Shown piece by piece: positions 15,343-24,338 of a DNA stretch of 25,915 nucleotides. The position numbers and the translations under genes were made by a program. Numbering within the stretch: the first letter of the stretch is position 1; each line of letters starts with the position of its first letter. A model generated the notes under the pieces. The model was given only the letters and a program-made list of their open reading frames with translations, was not told the DNA's origin and did not search any database. Source of the DNA: a virus (Duplodnaviria > Caudoviricetes); the IMG/VR virus record IMGVR_UViG_3300025838_000112, positions 1 through 25,915 of that record; one strand, given 5' to 3'.

Positions 15343-18300
15343 TGATATTACTTGGGATTCTGCTCCACCAAGATCAACACTTGACAATGCGCTCATAGCT
15401 CAAGAGAGCGGGGGAAATTGGGGAGTAAGCAGATCAGACAGCAAGGCTACAGGGGGTTATCAGATAACCCCTGTTTATTTACAGGACGGGAATAAGTTTG
15501 CCGGAACGTCATTCACGCTGAATGATATGCACGATCCGGAGAAAGCTCAGGTTATCAAAGATGCTTGGGAGGGTCATTATTACACTCAGTTTGAGAATGA
15601 GAATGGACGGCAGCCTTCGGATAGGGAAAAGGCAATGATGCATCATGGAGGCCCCGGAGGATGGAAGCAGCCTGACGCAAGAGATTCCCTTGGTGTATCA
15701 AATTCTGAATACGCTGATCAGGTTTTGGGTCGGATGAATGGCGTTAAGAGTAATCTTAAGATAGATCCTAACGACATTACTTGGGATAAACCATTAAAAA
15801 TAGATCCTAACGACATTACTTGGGATAAACCAAAGACAACTCCAAAACAGCCAGGTCTTTTAGATCAGGCGGGAAGTTTTCTCTCAAGTGCAGCGAAGCA
15901 TGTCGGGGACACAGCAAACAACGTAGGGGATGCCATAGGACGGGCCGTGAACATCGGTGAGCAGACGCTAACGGACGGCATTGATAAAGTTACAGGTTCG
16001 TTTGGAAATGCTGCCGCGGGGGCTGAAAACATGTTTTCTGGCGCAATGGCTCCGGAGCTTGTTGTGAAGCCTGTTCTATACCAGAAACGGGATATCGGTC
16101 AGGATATTCAAGCGGTTCAGTCAGCATTTAAGGGCAATCCGGGAGAAGATAGCCCATTAGTAGCAGCGGGGAAGGTTGTCCAGAACATACCGTTTTATGT
16201 GGATACGGCGAGAACGCAAGGAGCTCAGTTTCTTTCCGGATTATTACAAGAGGCGGTAAAGAATTCGGGGCCTAATGATCCTGAGTGGTTAAAGAAGTTA
16301 GTTACTGATGGGGCTTATTCATTAAGCCAGTATAGCCCTACTCCTGAAGGGTTCCAGAAGCCAAGAGAAACACCTATCAATGCGTCGAAGGGGAGCTTAG
16401 CTGGAGCCATTAAGGATTTCGGGCCTTATGTACCGTCTCTTGCTGTTGGTATCGTAAACCCTGTTGCTGGTGCAGTAATGGCTGGGATGCAAACAGCAGG
16501 AGATCAGTACCAGCAGGACATCAATTCAGCCGTTTCAAACGATATGGCTCTTAAACATGCCGGTGTTTCGGGCATGTCTCAGACCGCTTTGTTCAGTCTC
16601 CCTGTTCACAAGATACTTGGCCCGCTTATGGCTCCTGAACTCAACTTGATTCAGAGAACTTTGGGCGGAGCTGTTTCTGGTGAGATGCTTGGAAAATTCT
16701 CGCAGGCGATGCAGATAGGTATTGATAAGGGTACCGTCAATCCGAACATAACCTTCGGGCAAGCATGGGATCAGTGGAGCAAAGAAGGTAACGGTGCTGG
16801 AGCGGTCGTTGGCGGTCTGTTAGGTGCAGCAGCTCATCCATTCGTATATCGTGAAACGACCTACACACCTTATGATAGAAGCACACTCAAGAACCCTGCA
16901 CTTCCAGAGGATGGAACGCAGCCGCCAGCTCCACCAATAATAAGGGGTGAACTCCCTCCGGGGTCTGGCGGGAAACTGCAACATGAATATGGAGCTGCAC
17001 CTGTTCCACCACAAGAACAGACGGCTCCTGCACCAGTACAAAAGAGTATGATTGATCTTGTCAATGAGAAGTTGGCTGCAAGAGGATTACCACCAGCAAC
17101 ACACGAGCAGCTTTCTCCATTCGTTGAGCAACTCATACGACAGGACCAGCCATATACCCCAGCGCAGTTGCCGGAGGTTACACAGAACATCCCTGAAACA
17201 TCCCCAAACTATCCTCAAATTATCCCTGAACAGCCGGTACCTGTTGAAACTCAGGTAAATTCACCGGAATTGGTGAACAAATCAGCAGAAATACAGCAAG
17301 AAGTACCGGTAAATTTACCGGAACTGGTGAATAAGTCATTGCCGGAACTTGAGAAGCTTTATTCCGAAAAGAAGAGTGAAGAATCACAAGGAGACTTATC
17401 TGTATTTGGTACTCAAGAAAGACTTGACGCATACAATAAGGCGCTCCGAATGCGTGACTCTTATGATGAAGAAAGATCAAAAAAAGGAGATGATCTTGTC
17501 CAAGAAATAGAGTCCAACCTTACCGAAGATCAGAGAAATAAATTATTTCTTGTCGGATATTCTTATACATCAGATGACATTAAGGCACTTATTGATGCGG
17601 CAGGTCAACTTGATTTCAGCTCACCTGAAGCACTCGGAGCATCATTAAGATATGCTGTCACAAAAATAGGGAAGCCTACCTCTGTTGAAAAAATGGATAG
17701 TACACAGTTAGAGGCTTATTACCAGTTTAAGACAGCCGAAGCAGAAGTTCAGAAAAGGGGGTGGGACTCTTCGATAGTATCAAAACACGCGATTGAAGGA
17801 GCGGCTTCAAGGTTTACTGATCCACAAGATGCGGAGTTCATGCTTCAGCAGTTCATCAAGCCATCGGCAAAACAAGCTGAAATTATTCCTAAAATTATTC
17901 CTGAAAATATTCAGTGGGATGAGGCATCTCCTGATCTTCAACCAAAGGCAGAAGATTCCATTAAATCGGCGCCTGAAACTGTCACTGACCAAGCCCGCAA
18001 GCAAGAGATATTGAACAGCATCCGTGAAGGTGAAATGCTCATCGAGAGTGGGAAAAGTATAAGCGGAGAGCCTCTTTCTGATGCGATGAAAGCATCTATT
18101 CGACGCAGTATTGCCAATGCGAAATCTAAGATAGGACAGAGTGATGGCGGTACTCTTCATCTACCGGGAAGCACACCAGTTCTTGAGGAAGAACCTGTAA
18201 CGAATGGAGTAAAAAACATCATCAAAGGCGGAGAGACTGATCTTATCGCCAATGGTAAAGAGTATGGAAAAGGACAATACGCCCTCATCGAGAAAGGGGA

Positions 18301-21300
18301 TATTGTTGCCTCTCACTACCCTGATTCATTCAAGGAAAACAAGAGTTATCCGCAGGAGAGACAGAATAGAGACTATACCAGTCTTGAAGTAAGAGGGAAG
18401 GCTGAGGATATTATCAAGGGAATTACTGATAAAGGGTTCAAGGAGATATTACAGCAGGGATATGCTTCAGATTCGGGGATCCCTGTTGTAAATAATGCGG
18501 GTGAAGTCTTGTCAGGAAATAACAGGACGTTTGCTATCCTTCGTGATTACCAGAAGTATCATAACGCACTGAAAGGGACAAACCTTGCTCAGTTTGGTCT
18601 ACATCCTAATGACCTTGCAGGGATGAAAGAACCAGTTCTTGTCAGGTCTATGACTGATAAAGGGAAAGAACCTGACTTTGTTATTGACTCCAATGTTCAG
18701 CAGGTAAAAGGATTGACTTCTTCGGAGATACAGAAACACTACACTGCACTACCTGACAAAAACAAGGCCGATGCGCGAAAAGCGATATCCGGTATTTATG
18801 AAGAGTTCAATAAAAGTGGAGACGCAAAGATCAATACCTTTCTTGGGAATCTTCGAGTCTCAGAGTTGCCAACAGTAACCCTCCGACAGCTCCAAGAATC
18901 TCAAGTCTTGAGCCCATCAGATATTCAAAGAAATTCGTTAACCAGTGTCGGAATTGAAAAGATAAAGATACTGGCTTTAACGCTTCTGAATGAAGACATG
19001 AGAGTATCGTCACCTGCTCTTGATTATTTGACTGAATCGAAAGAAGGGAATGCAAATCTTGATAGAAAGTTTGATGCGGCAATAGGCGATCTGTTCAGAA
19101 TGAAGGATGAACAGCCTGAAGAGTACAAATCTGAGATGGAAGACCTTGGGAAAGCTCTTGTCCGAGTGATCGACTTTATAAACCATCCTGACCAGTATAA
19201 AGCGCAAACGAGAGAGTTATCCTTGAGTAAGGCCGCAAGAGGCGTTTCAGTGACTGACGAACCGTTGAGCAAAAACGCTGAAACATATCTTAGAGCACTG
19301 GCTTCTCCAACGCTTAACTCCTTTAAAAATCTTGTTGGCGATAAGGTAAGTATGCAAGAGGATTTGTTTTCTGGCTCTTCCGGCAACGCGATGTCAGGAA
19401 AGAAGTCTAAAATATTCTCGAAAGACAGACCCCCTGAAGCGGCCCAGGGTGATGAGGCTCCTGAGACAGCAAAGGACGCGTTTGATGCAAGGAAAGAACT
19501 TCACGCCAACACAACCAAGATTATTTCAAAAGATTCAACGGGGAATCGGTGGGTACCTCTTGATGATGTTATGCGATGGCTTATCCCTGCGTCCCGGTCT
19601 ATTGATGCAAGAGAAACTGCGCTAACGATACGGCAGCACGCCGCTGAAATGGCTCATAAACAGAGCGTAGCCGTACATCAGACGAAGGCGATTGTAAATG
19701 CGTTCTGGAAGATTTCTCCGCAAGCAAGATTACAGTTCATTTTCGACATGGAATCTGGTCGGAAACAGCCGAACAGTGCTCTACAAGAGATGGCCGACAC
19801 CATGCGGAAGATGATTGATAGTCGAAGGCTTGAGATTCAGAAACTTGGCAACGGGAAACTTGACCAGTACATTGAGGACTACTTTCCGCATATCTGGAAG
19901 AATCCAGAAAAAAACGGATTTTTTAACAGAAGGCCCATTGAGGGCAGCAAGAGTTTTCTGAAACAGCGGTCAATACCAACAGTTGAGGACGGTTTGAAGT
20001 GGCGTGTTTACTCCAAAGATGGAGACATGCTTAAATCTTTTTCGGGTGAGACGGATGCGAGAGCGTTCGAAGAGAAACTCACTGATGCAGGCATAAAAGA
20101 ACCTTTGGAACTCGTCACGAACAACCCAATGGAGTTGGTCTTGCTGAAGTCCTATGAGATGGACAGGTACTTGTTCGGGCAGAAGCTCATGACGGAACTT
20201 AAGGATAGAGGGCTACTGAAGTTTGTTTATGCATCAAGTAAGCCTGAAGAAGGGATGGTTCCTATAGACGATAGGTCAGCCGTTGTTTACGCTCCGCCAG
20301 AGATTGACATAGAGGAGGCTTATGATGAGAAGCTGATGCAGGGTTTAATGGATTTCTCGAAATCACTTGGCATTGATGTTCAGAGAAAGGTAAAAATTGG
20401 TGGTGATGCTTGGGGTCGTGCTTATGGAGATAAAAAGATTGTTACGAAGTTTGCTGGCCCTGAAACGGTTCTTGAGCATGAAATAGGGCACATTATTGAT
20501 AATCGGTACGGTTTGTTTGATTACTTGCAGAAAAGTAATCCTGATCCTGTAGAGAGAAAAGAGATAACAAAAGAACTCAGGGATCTTGCTGACATGCGAT
20601 ACGAGGGGAATGACTCTAATAAAGTTGATGACTCCTTTAAGAAATACGTTAGGAGAGGGTCTGAAAAAGCAGCGAACCTTGTGCATGCTTACCTTTACGC
20701 TCGTGACAGAATGAGAGATGTAGCACCAAATACATTTAAAGCTTTTGAAAGATTCCTCAAGATATATCCAGAATTATCAGGTCTTAAAGATATAAAACCA
20801 TCTCTTGTCCTTGGAACCAGTACCGGAAAACTGAAAATACCTGGCGTTACAATCCTTGGCCGTTACCACGCTCAAGAAGCCGTTGCTACTATTCTTAACA
20901 ACCATCTTTCTCCCGGTCTGAACGGGAAATGGTACTATGAGATGCTCCGCCAGCCGGGGAACCTTCTCAATCAGGCGCAACTTGGTTTGTCCGCGTTCCA
21001 CTTGACCTTCACGGCTATGGATTCCACTATTTCAAAGGTAGCTCTCGGAATCGAAAAGGTCTCTCAAGGAAAGATCGGTAGTGGACTTTCTGATATGGCG
21101 AAAGGTGTTGTTCCTTTATATGCCCCTATTACCAATATTTTGATAGGAGATAAGCTTGTTAAACTTTATCGAGAATCCCATGAGAACTTCATTAAGGGTG
21201 ATAAGGATTTACAGGCAATGGTCGAGGGTATTATTTCTGCTGGTGGCAGGGTGACGATGGATCAGGTTTATAAGAACTCTTCTGTTGAGAATTTCCGAAA

Positions 21301-22630
21301 TGCGTGGCGGAATGTAAAAGAAGGCCCTGTTGATCTTCGGTATTCTTCCGCTGGTTCCGCGGTCTGGCACGCCCTTGGCGCGGTCATGGAGAAGGCATCG
21401 TCCCCTATCATGGAATACATGGTTCCTCGTATGAAGCTTGGGGTATTTGCTGATATGGCAAAGAACCAGATTGAACGGTTAGGGCCGGACGCAAATCATG
21501 AGGAGGTAAGGGATGCGCTTGCGAAGGTATGGGATTCAGTGGATAACAGACTTGGACAGGTCGTTTATGATAATCTGTTCTGGCATAGAACCATGAAGGA
21601 TATCGGGATGATAAGCGTTCGTTCACTCGGATGGAATCTTGGAACATTCCGTGAACTTGGCGGCGGAGGAGCTGATGTTTTAAATGCATACAAGAGAGTC
21701 AAGGACGGCGACTCATTCATGACGCATAGATTATCTTATCTTTTAGCTCTTCCTGCCGTGACGGCTCTGTATGGGGCATTGTACCAGTATCTTGCTACAG
21801 GTGAAGGGCCGCAGGAACTGAGAGACTATTTCTTTCCGAAAACAGGCAAGAGACTGCCAAACGGAAACAAAGAACGTATATCTATTCCGGGGTATATGCC
21901 AGATGTTTATAAGTTTTCATCAAAACCTTTTGATACGATTTTACATAAGCAGTCGCCGTTGATCTCTATGACCGCTGACATGATAAGGAATAAGGATTTT
22001 TACGGAGTAACGATTATGAATGAAGATGACCCTGTAATATCTAAACTCATTTCAGAGGGAAAGTATATCGGCAAGCAGTTCCTTCCGTTCAGTGTTCGTA
22101 ATGCTCAACAAGCCAAAGATAACGGCGGAGAATTCGGCTCAATGGCTCGTGGGTTTGTAGGATTAAGCAATGCTCCCGCCAGTATCGTAAACACGAAGGC
22201 TGAAAACATGATGGCGGAATACGGACGGCAGAACATGCCTGCAGGGTCAAGGACGCAAGAGCAGGCCGACAAGTCAAAACTTACAGGACAGCTTCGGAAT
22301 GCGTTGTACTTAGCGAAGGAGAGTAAAGACCCTGATGCGACAACTGAGGCAAATCAGAAAATATTTACCGCAATGAAAACCGGAGAAATTACTCAGGTGC
22401 AAGAAAAACGGATTCTATCTGGATCAGGAATTGATCCCGAAGCGTATCACTTCAAGGGCCTCCACGCAGATCAAGCTATGAAGGTCTATGAGGCCGGCAC
22501 TGATGAAGAGAAAGGTCTATTCAGACCTATTATGATCAAAAAGATGCAATCGGCATGGCGGAATAATCCTGAAGAGAGGACTGCCATTTCAGATTTTATG
22601 ACGAAATATGGACTTCGAGTGAATAAATAG
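15326..22630 (+). CDS. Giant ejection / polyvalent protein (gp16 position) with lysozyme-like, ddrB-like ParB and zincin metallopeptidase domains
   Basis: Start reassigned to ATG 15326 (GGGAG at 15313-15317). Lysozyme motifs 'ALIAQESGG', 'GGYQIT' and 'HHGGPGG'. ParB-like 'ASH....NKSYPQERQNRD...GIPVVNNAGEVLSGNNRT...FG....MKEPVLVR'. Zincin 'HEIGH' (20477-20491) followed by 'SEKAA'. Confidence 0.88.
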   Translation: MQINPNDITWDSAPPRSTLDNALIAQESGGNWGVSRSDSKATGGYQITPVYLQDGNKFAGTSFTLNDMHDPEKAQVIKDAWEGHYYTQFENENGRQPSDREKAMMHHGGPGGWKQPDARDSLGVSNSEYADQVLGRMNGVKSNLKIDPNDITWDKPLKIDPNDITWDKPKTTPKQPGLLDQAGSFLSSAAKHVGDTANNVGDAIGRAVNIGEQTLTDGIDKVTGSFGNAAAGAENMFSGAMAPELVVKPVLYQKRDIGQDIQAVQSAFKGNPGEDSPLVAAGKVVQNIPFYVDTARTQGAQFLSGLLQEAVKNSGPNDPEWLKKLVTDGAYSLSQYSPTPEGFQKPRETPINASKGSLAGAIKDFGPYVPSLAVGIVNPVAGAVMAGMQTAGDQYQQDINSAVSNDMALKHAGVSGMSQTALFSLPVHKILGPLMAPELNLIQRTLGGAVSGEMLGKFSQAMQIGIDKGTVNPNITFGQAWDQWSKEGNGAGAVVGGLLGAAAHPFVYRETTYTPYDRSTLKNPALPEDGTQPPAPPIIRGELPPGSGGKLQHEYGAAPVPPQEQTAPAPVQKSMIDLVNEKLAARGLPPATHEQLSPFVEQLIRQDQPYTPAQLPEVTQNIPETSPNYPQIIPEQPVPVETQVNSPELVNKSAEIQQEVPVNLPELVNKSLPELEKLYSEKKSEESQGDLSVFGTQERLDAYNKALRMRDSYDEERSKKGDDLVQEIESNLTEDQRNKLFLVGYSYTSDDIKALIDAAGQLDFSSPEALGASLRYAVTKIGKPTSVEKMDSTQLEAYYQFKTAEAEVQKRGWDSSIVSKHAIEGAASRFTDPQDAEFMLQQFIKPSAKQAEIIPKIIPENIQWDEASPDLQPKAEDSIKSAPETVTDQARKQEILNSIREGEMLIESGKSISGEPLSDAMKASIRRSIANAKSKIGQSDGGTLHLPGSTPVLEEEPVTNGVKNIIKGGETDLIANGKEYGKGQYALIEKGDIVASHYPDSFKENKSYPQERQNRDYTSLEVRGKAEDIIKGITDKGFKEILQQGYASDSGIPVVNNAGEVLSGNNRTFAILRDYQKYHNALKGTNLAQFGLHPNDLAGMKEPVLVRSMTDKGKEPDFVIDSNVQQVKGLTSSEIQKHYTALPDKNKADARKAISGIYEEFNKSGDAKINTFLGNLRVSELPTVTLRQLQESQVLSPSDIQRNSLTSVGIEKIKILALTLLNEDMRVSSPALDYLTESKEGNANLDRKFDAAIGDLFRMKDEQPEEYKSEMEDLGKALVRVIDFINHPDQYKAQTRELSLSKAARGVSVTDEPLSKNAETYLRALASPTLNSFKNLVGDKVSMQEDLFSGSSGNAMSGKKSKIFSKDRPPEAAQGDEAPETAKDAFDARKELHANTTKIISKDSTGNRWVPLDDVMRWLIPASRSIDARETALTIRQHAAEMAHKQSVAVHQTKAIVNAFWKISPQARLQFIFDMESGRKQPNSALQEMADTMRKMIDSRRLEIQKLGNGKLDQYIEDYFPHIWKNPEKNGFFNRRPIEGSKSFLKQRSIPTVEDGLKWRVYSKDGDMLKSFSGETDARAFEEKLTDAGIKEPLELVTNNPMELVLLKSYEMDRYLFGQKLMTELKDRGLLKFVYASSKPEEGMVPIDDRSAVVYAPPEIDIEEAYDEKLMQGLMDFSKSLGIDVQRKVKIGGDAWGRAYGDKKIVTKFAGPETVLEHEIGHIIDNRYGLFDYLQKSNPDPVERKEITKELRDLADMRYEGNDSNKVDDSFKKYVRRGSEKAANLVHAYLYARDRMRDVAPNTFKAFERFLKIYPELSGLKDIKPSLVLGTSTGKLKIPGVTILGRYHAQEAVATILNNHLSPGLNGKWYYEMLRQPGNLLNQAQLGLSAFHLTFTAMDSTISKVALGIEKVSQGKIGSGLSDMAKGVVPLYAPITNILIGDKLVKLYRESHENFIKGDKDLQAMVEGIISAGGRVTMDQVYKNSSVENFRNAWRNVKEGPVDLRYSSAGSAVWHALGAVMEKASSPIMEYMVPRMKLGVFADMAKNQIERLGPDANHEEVRDALAKVWDSVDNRLGQVVYDNLFWHRTMKDIGMISVRSLGWNLGTFRELGGGGADVLNAYKRVKDGDSFMTHRLSYLLALPAVTALYGALYQYLATGEGPQELRDYFFPKTGKRLPNGNKERISIPGYMPDVYKFSSKPFDTILHKQSPLISMTADMIRNKDFYGVTIMNEDDPVISKLISEGKYIGKQFLPFSVRNAQQAKDNGGEFGSMARGFVGLSNAPASIVNTKAENMMAEYGRQNMPAGSRTQEQADKSKLTGQLRNALYLAKESKDPDATTEANQKIFTAMKTGEITQVQEKRILSGSGIDPEAYHFKGLHADQAMKVYEAGTDEEKGLFRPIMIKKMQSAWRNNPEERTAISDFMTKYGLRVNK
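15761..15832 (+). repeat. 33-bp perfect tandem-like repeat (period 39 bp) encoding IDPNDITWDKP twice
   Basis: ATAGATCCTAACGACATTACTTGGGATAAACCA occurs at 15761-15793 and 15800-15832. Confidence 0.92.
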
Positions 22631-22631
22631 T

Positions 22632-22663
22632 CCGTTTTAATGATTGATTTCCGGCGGTATGAT
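22632..22663 (+). promoter_or_regulatory. Candidate late promoter, copy 4 (tail fibre and lysis block)
   Basis: CCGTTTT-N19-TATGAT in the 55-bp gap after the giant gene. Confidence 0.62.
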
Positions 22664-22685
22664 GTAAGAAATTAAATCATACCGC

Positions 22686-24338
22686 ATGGCACAGGTTAAC
22701 AAGACGATATCGCAACTTACTCCTCTCGCTCCCGGGCTTGTTGCTGGTAATGACCTACTTCTCATCGTTGATGTCAGTGAGTCACTCCCGGCCAATAAGA
22801 ACAAAGTGATTACCACATCAGATCTTTCTACGATATTTAAAGGATCATCCGGCTCGGCTGCTACAGTGTCAGTTGGGACGGTTACTACTGGTGCTGCCGG
22901 GAGCTCTGTCATTGTTACGAATGTCGGATCTTCGTCTGCTGCCACACTTAACTTCACGATACCGAAGGGAGATACCGGATCATCCGGCTCGGCTGCTACA
23001 GTGTCAGTTGGGACGGTTACTACTGGTGCTGCCGGGAGCTCTGTCATTGTTACGAATGTCGGATCTTCGTCTGCTGCCATACTTAACTTCACGATACCGA
23101 AGGGTTCCGATGGAGCAGGGAGCGGTACCGTTACTAATGTTACTGGTACGGCACCTATATCTGTAGTAACGGGGACAAGCACGCCGGTAATAAGCCTTCC
23201 TCCCGCCACAGGATCGGTGGATGGGTATCTATCACACACCGACTGGAACACGTTTAACGGGAAGCAGCCCGCGGGAACATACGCAACGGGCTCGGGAACA
23301 TGCAGCGGCACGAATACCGGAGATCAAACCCTATCGGGATTAGGCGGTGTCGCTATGGGAGGTCTTGCTGGGGGTCAAATCATCAAAGGTGGGATAGGCG
23401 TAACCGACGCGCTGTCGCTCATTGGTACATCTGGTAATGGCGTGGCCACTGTGCCAGCGTTTAATTTTAACGTTGGAAATAACGGTTCAATTAATGCCAT
23501 AACTATTTTGAATAATGGCAACGTCAGCCTTGGTCCTACCAGCTTTAGCGCGAAGTTCAATATTGATAATAGTTCAGGTGCAGTTGGCTCCATAATGACT
23601 GATTTAATTGGGATATCGGAAGTTTACACCGGCACCCAAGGAAGTATGCCGTATAATCCGGCAGGAACACTTTTAAGATTAACTACAAATAATACCTCCA
23701 GTGGAAAGTTAGGGGCTTTAATAACGTTCAATGCATACAACAATACTTCGACCACTGGAGCATATTTTGGAGCCGCAGCAGGGGACACTATAAATGGTTC
23801 AGCAAATTTAGTTTTTGGCCGCAGGAATAGCGCACTCGTGTGGTCAGAAACTATGAGGATTGATCTGAATGGCAACGTCGGAATTGGTACAACTACACCA
23901 GGAGGTAAACTCGATGTTAAAGGGGTAGGAACAACAACAGGGGTAACGCTTCAGACCAAGGATTCAAATGACGTAGTCAAGTTTCAGGTACTTGACAACG
24001 GCAATATATCAATGACGGGAGCGATAACAGCACTCCGTGAGACGAGAGTCACGATGGGTGCTAATGACATTAACCTATCGTTGGGTAATGTCTTCACGAA
24101 GACAATATCAGGAGCTACAACATTAACTCTTAGTAATGTCTCATCATCAGGGGTTGTGAATGAGTTTATCCTTGATATAACGAACGGCGGAGCTTACACC
24201 GTTACATGGTTCTCAGGGGTCAAATGGTCTGGTGGTACAGCTCCAACATTAACAACTTCAGGGAGAGATCTTGTGGATTTCATATCGCATGATGGGGGTG
24301 CGACATGGAGCGGAGTTGTAAACAAGGACATGAAATGA
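22686..24338 (+). CDS. Tail fibre protein
   Basis: N-terminal 'KTISQL...DLLLIVD...KVITTSDL' anchor, 'AATVSVGTVTTG...LNFTIPKG' repeats, 'MRIDLNGNVGIGTTTP' beta-helix motif and C-terminal 'VKWSGGTAPTLTTSGRD' domain. Confidence 0.9.
   Translation: MAQVNKTISQLTPLAPGLVAGNDLLLIVDVSESLPANKNKVITTSDLSTIFKGSSGSAATVSVGTVTTGAAGSSVIVTNVGSSSAATLNFTIPKGDTGSSGSAATVSVGTVTTGAAGSSVIVTNVGSSSAAILNFTIPKGSDGAGSGTVTNVTGTAPISVVTGTSTPVISLPPATGSVDGYLSHTDWNTFNGKQPAGTYATGSGTCSGTNTGDQTLSGLGGVAMGGLAGGQIIKGGIGVTDALSLIGTSGNGVATVPAFNFNVGNNGSINAITILNNGNVSLGPTSFSAKFNIDNSSGAVGSIMTDLIGISEVYTGTQGSMPYNPAGTLLRLTTNNTSSGKLGALITFNAYNNTSTTGAYFGAAAGDTINGSANLVFGRRNSALVWSETMRIDLNGNVGIGTTTPGGKLDVKGVGTTTGVTLQTKDSNDVVKFQVLDNGNISMTGAITALRETRVTMGANDINLSLGNVFTKTISGATTLTLSNVSSSGVVNEFILDITNGGAYTVTWFSGVKWSGGTAPTLTTSGRDLVDFISHDGGATWSGVVNKDMK
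22842..23104 (+). repeat. 128-bp near-perfect direct repeat (period 135 bp = 45 aa) in the tail fibre gene
   Basis: 22842-22969 versus 22977-23104, with one mismatch seen (ACA/ATA, T to I). Confidence 0.92.

Noticed and set aside
15761-15832. 33-bp repeat as a possible mini-CRISPR array
   Set aside because: Only two copies, 6 nt apart, in frame within a CDS, non-palindromic, and no cas genes in the window.
22637-23311. 224-aa antisense ORF opposite the tail fibre
   Set aside because: It is open because of the repetitive Thr/Gly/Val codons and the 135-bp duplication on the sense strand.
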